In this document: one piece after another, positions 57,172 to 64,000 of the stretch
Layout of the letters: every line of letters begins with the position of its first letter
Numbering within the stretch: the stretch's first letter is position 1
Assembly: GCA_963813535.1 (NCBI GenBank)
Contig: CAWEZH010000001.1
Coordinates: 1-64,000 of the forward strand
Length of the DNA: 64,000 bases
Source: an uncultured Chloroflexia bacterium
GTDB lineage: Bacteria; Chloroflexota; Limnocylindria; Limnocylindrales; CSP1-4
Reading direction: 5' to 3'
Notes under the pieces: model-generated
What the model saw: the letters and a program-made list of their open reading frames with translations, nothing else
Told to the model about the DNA's origin: nothing
Database searches by the model: none
Program-made: the position numbers and the translations under genes

Positions 57172-58194
57172 TCAGATGCCCCAGCGCAAGGCCGGAGTGT
57201 TGACCGGTGCGTCCCACCATCGAATGAGCGCATCATCCAGCCGCAGCAGGGTCACGGAGAACCCGGCCATCTCCAGGCTGGTGATGTAGTTCCCGACCAG
57301 CGAACGTCCGATCGAGATGCCCTGCCCCCCAAGGATCTTCGCGACGCTATTGAACGCCACGTAGAGCTCGATGAGCGGTGTGCCACCCATGCCATTCACG
57401 AAGGCCAAGACCGCATCGCCGCGGCTGAGTCCAAGGTCCGAGACGATCGGCGACACTAGCCACTCGGCCATGTCGTCGACCGGAGCGAGCTTCTCGCGGC
57501 GGCGGCCCGGCTCGCCGTGGATGCCGATGCCGACCTCGACCTCGTCGTCGGGCAAGTCGAACGTCGGCGTGCCGGCCGCTGGCACGACGCACGACGTCAG
57601 CGCCAAACCCATCGACTTGCCCTGCTCATTGACCTTGGTCGCCGTCGCGGCCACCTCCGCCAACGAGCCGCCGGCCTCGGCATGCGCGCCGGCGATCTTC
57701 TCGAGCAGGACCGTGACGCCGACACCACGCCGGCCCGCCGTATAGAGCGAGTCCTGGACCGCCACGTCGTCGTTGGTGACGACGGTCGCGACCTCGATCT
57801 CGCCAGCCACGAGCTCGGAGGCGAGTTGGAAATTCAGCACGTCCCCGGTGTAGTTCTTGACGATGTGCAAGACGCCGGCCCCGCCATCGACGGCCCGTGT
57901 CGCGGCCTCCATCTGGTCAGGTACCGGCGACGTGAAGACATTGCCGGCGGCTGCCGCGTCGAGCATGCCCAGGCCGACGAAGCCGCCATGGAGGGGTTCG
58001 TGACCGGAGCCACCGCCGGAGATCAGGGCGACCTTGCCCCGCTTCGGCCCGCCGGCGCGGAGGACGAGATTCTGGCTCAGGTCCACTTTGACAAGGTCCG
58101 GGTGAGCGGCCTGCATGCCGCTGAGGCTCTCGGGGACGATGTCCTCGATCGCGTTGAAGAGCTTCTTCACGCGGGTCGGTGCGGTGGTCGCCAT
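57172..58194 (-). CDS. dhaK: Dihydroxyacetone kinase subunit K
   Basis: [14 protein letters not shown] and GIGIHGEPG. Confidence 0.97.
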   Translation of the reverse strand: MATTAPTRVKKLFNAIEDIVPESLSGMQAAHPDLVKVDLSQNLVLRAGGPKRGKVALISGGGSGHEPLHGGFVGLGMLDAAAAGNVFTSPVPDQMEAATRAVDGGAGVLHIVKNYTGDVLNFQLASELVAGEIEVATVVTNDDVAVQDSLYTAGRRGVGVTVLLEKIAGAHAEAGGSLAEVAATATKVNEQGKSMGLALTSCVVPAAGTPTFDLPDDEVEVGIGIHGEPGRRREKLAPVDDMAEWLVSPIVSDLGLSRGDAVLAFVNGMGGTPLIELYVAFNSVAKILGGQGISIGRSLVGNYITSLEMAGFSVTLLRLDDALIRWWDAPVNTPALRWGI

Positions 58195-58245
58195 CGGATG
58201 GATCCTCCTCGGGTCAGGCTGTGACGGTTGGACGACGTGAGGCGT

Positions 58246-59013
58246 TCAAGCGGCTTCGTGGGCGTGCTCGGCGACTGCCGCGCCCGGCACGGTGGCCGTA
58301 CGCGTGTGGCCGATGAACTGGTACGCGAAGGCGCCGACGAGACCGCCGACGATGGGGCCAGCCACGTAGACCGGGAGCAGGGCTCCGAGGTTGGTCTTCG
58401 AGCCGATGATCAGCTCGAGGATCTCGGGACCGATCTGGCGGGCCGGGTTCAGCGCGGCGCCGGTGATCGGGCCGACCAGGATGATGATCCCGTACACGAT
58501 GAAGCCGATCACGATCCCGGCGAAACCGGCCGGGGCTCGGCCGTCGACGGCGGCACCGAACACCGTGAAGACGAGGATCGCCGTGCCGATGACTTCGGCC
58601 GCGAAGCCGATGCCGATGCCGGCGTTGGCATTGACATCGACCGCGCCCAGACCAAGGGCGACGGGGTCATTGCCGGTCAGGATGATCAGCGTCAAGCCGG
58701 CGCCGAACAGCGCGCCGACGAGCTGCGCGCCGATGTACCCGATCGCGGTATTGGTGTCGATCTTGCGGGTCGCGAGCAGGGCGATCGTCACCGCGGGGTT
58801 GATGTGGCAGCCGCTGATGTGGCCGACCGAATACACCGCCGCGAAGATCGCGAAGGCGAAGGCGAACGAGATCGTCGAGAGTTCGGCGCTGCCGAACGGG
58901 TTCTCGCCGGTCAGCAAGAGGGTGAGCGGGACCGAACCTGCGCCGATGAAGACGAGGATCGCGGTACCGATCGCTTCGGCTGTCAGTTTCTGGGACATGG
59001 TCGGGGACGACAT
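58246..59013 (-). CDS. MIP family channel (aquaporin/glycerol facilitator)
   Basis: Two NPA motifs (HINPAVT, LNPAR). Confidence 0.94.
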   Translation of the reverse strand: MSSPTMSQKLTAEAIGTAILVFIGAGSVPLTLLLTGENPFGSAELSTISFAFAFAIFAAVYSVGHISGCHINPAVTIALLATRKIDTNTAIGYIGAQLVGALFGAGLTLIILTGNDPVALGLGAVDVNANAGIGIGFAAEVIGTAILVFTVFGAAVDGRAPAGFAGIVIGFIVYGIIILVGPITGAALNPARQIGPEILELIIGSKTNLGALLPVYVAGPIVGGLVGAFAYQFIGHTRTATVPGAAVAEHAHEAA

Positions 59014-59042
59014 CGGGTGCTTCCTCCTTCGAGAGTGATGGG

Positions 59043-59312
59043 TCAGCCGGCCTGGCTGACGTATGGGGCGAGCTCCGCCCGAAGGGCGGCGAGCGCGGCA
59101 TCGGCATCTGGGCCATCCGCCGCGAGGGTGATCTCGGATGACGGTCGGATGGTCATCCCGAGTAGGGCGATGAGGCTTTTCGCGTCCGCCTCGCGACCGT
59201 CCTGCCGGACGATGATCCGGCTGGTGAATCGACTCGCCGCCTGGACGAATCGAGCCGCTGGCCGCGCGTGGAGCCCGGATGGGTCAAGGACGACGAGACG
59301 GATCTCCGACAT
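59043..59312 (-). CDS. ptsH: HPr phosphocarrier
   Basis: GLHARPA (His15) and DAKSL (Ser46). Confidence 0.95.
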   Translation of the reverse strand: MSEIRLVVLDPSGLHARPAARFVQAASRFTSRIIVRQDGREADAKSLIALLGMTIRPSSEITLAADGPDADAALAALRAELAPYVSQAG

Positions 59313-59315
59313 CTG

Positions 59316-59720
59316 TCAGTCCCGCGGCAACTTGGCCATGGTCGCGGCCGATCCGGCCGCGGTAACGACCTCGTCGATCGACGCGCCGACGCTGGCCTGG
59401 ACGGCGGCGAGCACGGCGCCCTCGACGAGTGGCGCCTCGCTGATGCGGACCCGGGCTCGGTCCGTGTCGCTCAGGTCCTCGAGCGCCAGCTCGAGACTCA
59501 ACGCGGCGCTTCCGAGATCAAGCAGGACGACCGCGCCATCGGCGCGGTCGAGAACGAAACGGACCGCCTCGCCGATGCGCAGTGCGCTCGTACCTAGACG
59601 GCCATCCTCGGTCCCGCCCGCGGTCGCCACCGGAACGGCTGCACCCGCCACCTGCGCGACCATCTCGCGCAGGCCCTCGACAAGCGTGCTGCTGTGGGAA
59701 ACGAGGATCAGGCCCACCAA
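59316..59720 (-). CDS. dhaM: DhaM EIIA(Man)-like phosphotransferase subunit
   Basis: LVSHS, GGTEDGRLGT, DLGSA and APLVEGA; AAGGAGG RBS. Confidence 0.93.
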   Translation of the reverse strand: MVGLILVSHSSTLVEGLREMVAQVAGAAVPVATAGGTEDGRLGTSALRIGEAVRFVLDRADGAVVLLDLGSAALSLELALEDLSDTDRARVRISEAPLVEGAVLAAVQASVGASIDEVVTAAGSAATMAKLPRD

Positions 59721-59792
59721 GCGCGCCTCCTTTCACATCCGGGTGGGTTGCACCCGGGTTGTCGGTCGGGAGCGATCCTCCGCCCGATGTCG

Positions 59793-59831
59793 TCAAGAAG
59801 AAAGCAAGGGCGCAGCAAGAGGTGCGCAGAA
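59793..59831. promoter_or_regulatory. 11-bp-period direct repeats (candidate OmpR/PhoB-type operator)
   Basis: CAAG at 59794, 59805 and 59816, and CAGA at 59827, in the divergent intergenic region. Confidence 0.5.
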
Positions 59832-59906
59832 TGTCGCGATCCGGAGGTGGGTCCCGCACAGATGGCGTTGCCCCGGTGTCGGCGACTGGACTATCGTCGG
59901 CCGACC

Positions 59907-60560
59907 GTGTCCGCCCGGCCGTCACCCCCGAGTCACGACATCATCGATGCGACCGCGATCTGCGCTGCCCTCGGTCGCTGTCGCGTGATGGTCGAGCGGC
60001 ATTCCACCTACCTGACCCGGCTCGATGCGATCCTCGGCGACGGTGACCATGGCGACAATCTGGTGATCGGCTTCCGTGCCGTCGACACGATGCTCATGGA
60101 CCTTCCCCGAGGCACGCCACCCGGCGAGGTGTTGCGGGCCGTCGGACATCGATTGGTCGCCGCCGTCGGGGGAGCGTCCGGACCCCTCTACGGCACGGCC
60201 TTCCTCGAGGCAGGGGCCACGGCCGGGGACGCGCCGACCCTCGACTCGTCGCTACTCGGCCCGATGTTGTCTGCCGCAGCCGACGGCCTCGCCCGCCGTG
60301 GACGGTGCGCCCTGGGCGACAAGACGATCCTTGACGCCCTCAGACCCGCGGCCGACGCATTCCTCGAGTCGATCACAGAGGGTCGGTCGCCGGCTGATGC
60401 GATGGCCGCCGCGGTGCGGGGGGCGGCCCGTGGGATGCGAGCGACCCGCCCCCTCGTCGCCCGGCGGGGGCTCGCCTTGCGACTCGGTGAACGCTCCATG
60501 GGCCATCTCGATCCAGGAGCCGTCTCGTGTGTCCTCCTGCTCAAGGCGATCGGTGGCTGA
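59907..60560 (+). CDS. Second DhaL paralog (GRASY loop changed to GLALR)
   Basis: LDAILGDGDHG, GGASGPLYG, GDKT and LGERSMGHLDPGA; start taken at GTG 59907 after TATCGT. Confidence 0.88.
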   Translation: MSARPSPPSHDIIDATAICAALGRCRVMVERHSTYLTRLDAILGDGDHGDNLVIGFRAVDTMLMDLPRGTPPGEVLRAVGHRLVAAVGGASGPLYGTAFLEAGATAGDAPTLDSSLLGPMLSAAADGLARRGRCALGDKTILDALRPAADAFLESITEGRSPADAMAAAVRGAARGMRATRPLVARRGLALRLGERSMGHLDPGAVSCVLLLKAIGG

Positions 60561-62169
60561 GCGAGCCAGGTCGTCCGTGCGGATGGACATGGTGGACAAG
60601 TCCGCGCTACTGAGCCGGATCGACGCGCTCGAGCGTGACCGACGACGGGCGTTCGATGATGCCCAGCGCGAGGCAGATGCCCTCTTCGCTCAATACCAGC
60701 TCAGCCAGCTCATCTCGACCGGCGGGACCCTCCAGGAGCTGACTGGTGCCGTCCTGCTGGAGCTGCTACGCCTGGCCGACGCGGCCGGTGGTGCATTGTG
60801 GATCGGCGATCACGGTGAGACAGGCATCAACCTCGTGACGACCGTCGGGTCCACACCCGACGCGTCGATCGAGGCGACGTTCGCGGACATCGACGCCCTG
60901 CGAAGCTGGGCAGCGTCCCTGCCCGGTGCCAGCGACATGCAGCTTGGGGACGCGGTCCTACGGGCGGCGATCGTGATCTGGCCGGCAGCCGGGCAGGACC
61001 TCGATGAGGATGGGCTCCGGATCGTCCTGCTCGCACGACACGAGCTGCTGGTCGCCTTGCAGGGCGCCCGGCTCCGGGAGGCACTGGAGCGAGAGCGCGA
61101 CGAGCTGGGCGCCATCGTCGACGGCGCCACCGACCTGATCCTGCAGGTCGACGCGGACGGCTCGGTCGTGCGGCTGAACCCGGCCGGCGAACGATTGCTC
61201 GGCATCGCGGCTGAGGCGGCTGTCGGTCAGTCGTGTGCGGACGTGCTCGGCTGCGAGATCGCCGGTGGGCACGCATCGGTCGAATGCCCGCTGGCCGAGG
61301 TGCGCAGCACCGGCCAGCCGATCGCCTATCGCGAGTCAGCGATCCGTGGAGCCGCTGGAGCCCCGATCCGGGTCGCCGGCAGCTTCGCGGTATCGGGTAC
61401 GACCTCCGGATCCGATGCTCGCGCGACGGCCATCCTGCGTGATATCAGCGCCGTCCAGGCGCTCGAGGAATTGCGCGAGGGTTTCGTCGCGACGGTGAGT
61501 CACGAACTTCGGACACCCTTGGCCCTCATCCGTGGGTATGCCGAGACACTCCTTCACCTCCCGCTCGAACCGGACCAGCAGCGCGCCTACGTCGAGCGGA
61601 TCGATGAGGCCACCAATCGGCTCGCGACTCTCGTCGACGAGGTTCTCGACGTCACCCATCTCCAGGCCGATCCGCTGATCCTCGATCGTCGGGTGACGAC
61701 GTTCGACTCGCTCGTTGCCCGCTTGCGCGGCGACCTCGCGATGTCGCGGCAGGACGAGCGTCTCGTCGTCGATGCCAGCCCCGACCTCCCGGAGATCGAG
61801 GTCGATATCACGCGCGTCGGCCAGATTCTGGCGAACCTGGTGGGCAATGCGATGAAGTACGCGCCGGAGAGCAGCCTCGTGGTCCTGGGCGGGACCATCG
61901 CTGACGACCAGTGGCTGGCGGTCACTGTCGACGACGAAGGCATCGGCATCCCCGAGCAGGAGCGAGTCCTCGTCACCGAGCCGTTCCATCGCGCGTGGAA
62001 CGTTCGCGAGTCGCGCATCCCCGGGACCGGCCTTGGCCTGTTCATCTCGCGTCGCCTGGTGGAGGCCCACGGTGGTGAGCTCAGCGTGGGCGATCGCCCG
62101 GACGGCCGCTCCGGCACGCAGGTGCGGATCACGCTGCCACTCGCGTCGAACCAGCCCGACGATGGCTGA
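60553..62169 (+). CDS. Soluble sensor histidine kinase (GAF-like + PAS + HisKA + HATPase)
   Basis: No TM segment; PAS (RLNPAGERLLG), SHELRTPL, NLVGNAMKY, DEGIGI and GTGLGL. Start at 60553 or 60583. Confidence 0.93.
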   Translation: MAERARSSVRMDMVDKSALLSRIDALERDRRRAFDDAQREADALFAQYQLSQLISTGGTLQELTGAVLLELLRLADAAGGALWIGDHGETGINLVTTVGSTPDASIEATFADIDALRSWAASLPGASDMQLGDAVLRAAIVIWPAAGQDLDEDGLRIVLLARHELLVALQGARLREALERERDELGAIVDGATDLILQVDADGSVVRLNPAGERLLGIAAEAAVGQSCADVLGCEIAGGHASVECPLAEVRSTGQPIAYRESAIRGAAGAPIRVAGSFAVSGTTSGSDARATAILRDISAVQALEELREGFVATVSHELRTPLALIRGYAETLLHLPLEPDQQRAYVERIDEATNRLATLVDEVLDVTHLQADPLILDRRVTTFDSLVARLRGDLAMSRQDERLVVDASPDLPEIEVDITRVGQILANLVGNAMKYAPESSLVVLGGTIADDQWLAVTVDDEGIGIPEQERVLVTEPFHRAWNVRESRIPGTGLGLFISRRLVEAHGGELSVGDRPDGRSGTQVRITLPLASNQPDDG

Positions 62170-62872
62170 CACGGTCCTCATCGTCGAGGACGAACCCGAA
62201 TTCCTCGGCCTGGTCGAGTTGTGGGTGGGACAGGCGGGCTTCCGGACCGTCACTGCCCGCACCGGGCCCGATGCACTGCGCCGCTTCTACGACGAGCGCC
62301 CGGACCTCGTGGTCCTCGACGTCGCATTGCCCGGCCTTGACGGCTGGCAACTGCTGGAGCGGCTACGCGAGTTCAGCCGCGTGCCGATCATCATGCTCAC
62401 GGCACGAGGCTCCGAAGCCGAGAAGATCCGTGGCTTGAAGCTCGGCGCCGACGACTACATCACGAAGCCCGTGTCCTTCCCCGAGCTCATCGCCCGCGTG
62501 GAAGCGGCCCTCCGCCGGGCGGGAACCAGCACGCCGGAGCGGTCGAGGCGGCTCCGTCACGGGGAGATGGTCGTCGACCTCGACGATCATCGAGCGCACC
62601 TGCGCGGCGTCGAGATCGACCTGACCCCGACCGAATTCCGCCTGCTCGCATTCCTGGTCGAGCACAGTGGTCAATTGGTCACCCATCGGCAGATGCTCGG
62701 CGGGGTCTGGGGAGCCGGCTACGACCGTGATGTCCACCTGCTGCGCATGACCGTCCGCAACCTGCGCCTCAAGCTCGATGCGGTCGCGCCCGGCGAATCG
62801 TTGATCGCGACGGAGTACGGCCTCGGCTATCGGCTCGTGGGCGCGCACTCGGACGACGCCGCCAGAAGCTAG
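62162..62872 (+). CDS. OmpR/PhoB-family response regulator
   Basis: IVEDE, VLDVALP, GADDYITKP and winged-helix LTPTEFRLL...GLGYRL. Confidence 0.95.
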   Translation: MADTVLIVEDEPEFLGLVELWVGQAGFRTVTARTGPDALRRFYDERPDLVVLDVALPGLDGWQLLERLREFSRVPIIMLTARGSEAEKIRGLKLGADDYITKPVSFPELIARVEAALRRAGTSTPERSRRLRHGEMVVDLDDHRAHLRGVEIDLTPTEFRLLAFLVEHSGQLVTHRQMLGGVWGAGYDRDVHLLRMTVRNLRLKLDAVAPGESLIATEYGLGYRLVGAHSDDAARS

Positions 62873-62968
62873 CGCCGGTGAATGCGCGGATACGCGGCAG
62901 GTGACTCCGCGCCGATAACCTGATCCCGGACGCCGATCGATCGTCGCCCGCCGCTCGAGGTAGGTGGC

Positions 62969-63547
62969 ATGCGTCGTTTCGTCTGGTTCCCGCTGCTCCT
63001 GGTCGTGCTGCTCGTGACCGGCCTCGCCGCGCCCGTCGGCGCCGCGGCGGGTGCACCCAGTCCCGACGAGGTCGTGACCTTCGTCAGCCGCCCCGACCTG
63101 ATCCGGCAGGGTCTGATCCGGTCCGGCACTCCGGCGCGCACATCGACACAGGCGCTCTGCCTGTTCGACTGCATCTATGTCGCGAATCGCCGCTATCTGC
63201 GGACGGTGAAGCCGTTCGTGACCATGGTCAAGGGCAATGGACCGGCCACGATCGCCATCGACATCACCCGCACCGTGAAGAACAGCTTCTCCGCGACGGT
63301 CGGCGTCACCGCCCAGGTCGTGACGGCCGGTGTCGGGTTCAGCGTCGAGCGGTCGGAGAGCGTGACGTATCGGTCGAGCACGAGCGTGCCCAACAAGGCG
63401 TGCTGGACGATGCGTGCCTACAACGTCTTCTTCGAATACGCGTTCGAGGTGTGGCGAGAGCCGTTCATCGGGGCCGACACCAAGATCGGCTCTGGCACAG
63501 CACGGGACTTCCAGGGCATCGAGTTCCGCCTCTCGAAGTCGTGCTGA
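62969..63547 (+). CDS. Secreted beta-rich protein (aerolysin/ETX-MTX2-like pattern)
   Basis: Signal peptide; Ser/Thr-rich strands around an amphipathic hairpin, followed by VP. Confidence 0.75.
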   Translation: MRRFVWFPLLLVVLLVTGLAAPVGAAAGAPSPDEVVTFVSRPDLIRQGLIRSGTPARTSTQALCLFDCIYVANRRYLRTVKPFVTMVKGNGPATIAIDITRTVKNSFSATVGVTAQVVTAGVGFSVERSESVTYRSSTSVPNKACWTMRAYNVFFEYAFEVWREPFIGADTKIGSGTARDFQGIEFRLSKSC

Positions 63548-63930
63548 TCCGGCTGGCGGCTGCGGTCGGGCTCGCGTGGTCGGCGGTGGCGTGCGCGAGC
63601 GCGCCGCCGACCGGCTCGCCCGTCCCGCCGGCCGCCCGTGTCGTCGCCCGGTGGGTCGCCGCCGACGCCTCGATCGTGGTGCTGAACGTGTCGCTCGAGC
63701 GCGGGTTCGATCGTCGCCGGATCCCGGTGCAGGCGCGCATCTACCGGCAAGCGCACCCGGCCTCCCGACTCATCATCACGTTCTTCGATGACACGGCCGG
63801 CCAGGAACGGTTCGTGATCGGCCATGTTCCGACCGACGGCTCGGCCCTCCCCGCCGGCCGACCGGCATCGGCCATCGCGACCTTCGACTTCCCGAGACCG
63901 ACGCCGACGGCTACGAACGGTGCGCCGTGA
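63541..63930 (+). CDS. Putative lipoprotein
   Basis: Lipobox AVAC after a hydrophobic stretch; GTG overlaps the upstream gene end. Confidence 0.7.
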   Translation: MLIRLAAAVGLAWSAVACASAPPTGSPVPPAARVVARWVAADASIVVLNVSLERGFDRRRIPVQARIYRQAHPASRLIITFFDDTAGQERFVIGHVPTDGSALPAGRPASAIATFDFPRPTPTATNGAP

Positions 63931-64000
63931 TGGCTCCCGGATCAAACAAGCGAACGGGCTCGTCAGCGGTGTGGACATCGAAGCCGGCGCGCTCGAGCAG
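63911..64000 (-). CDS. 3' end of a gene entering from beyond the window (possibly a SAM methyltransferase)
   Basis: Minus frame LLERAGFDVH...AHRS-stop; LL..AGF is common near methyltransferase C-termini. Confidence 0.4.
   Translation of the reverse strand: MLERAGFDVHTADEPVRLFDPGAITAHRS

Noticed and set aside
1-64000. tRNA, rRNA, transposase, integrase or phage genes
   Set aside because: None recognised. Intergenic gaps are short and show no tRNA-like T-loop/cloverleaf by eye.

Overview
A very GC-rich, densely coding bacterial chromosome segment with about 60 genes. Gene content and style (class I LysRS, H+-PPase, many apparently leaderless genes, a Cheo-type SOS box) suggest a Chloroflexota-like lineage, which is an inference only. 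I saw no rRNA, tRNA, CRISPR array, transposase or prophage. From left to right the window holds: lysK-greA-argR-uppP-hppA; lepB with two membrane genes; ndk and an M16 peptidase; a BMP-type ABC transporter; coaX-coaBC-panB-panC; gdh; DegV; MFS-ggt; azlCD; a cyanophycin/polyamine region; lhr-nei DNA repair; a PTS-dependent dihydroxyacetone kinase operon with a divergent regulatory operon; and a secreted protein plus lipoprotein pair. Five observations stand out. (1) A second DhaL paralog keeps the ADP/Mg site but has lost the catalytic GRASY arginine; it is translationally coupled to a soluble GAF-PAS histidine kinase and an OmpR regulator, with 11-bp-spaced repeats in the divergent promoter. 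(2) A CphA paralog has N and Mur-ligase domains but no ATP-grasp domain, and lies near full cphA/cphB, an agmatinase-family gene coupled to cphA and a polyamine-type importer. (3) A greA promoter is followed by a leader terminator. (4) A dispersed REP-like repeat supplies the N-terminus of LysRS. (5) A minimal aerolysin-like secreted protein overlaps a lipoprotein gene. Start codons were chosen by eye and no database searches were run.
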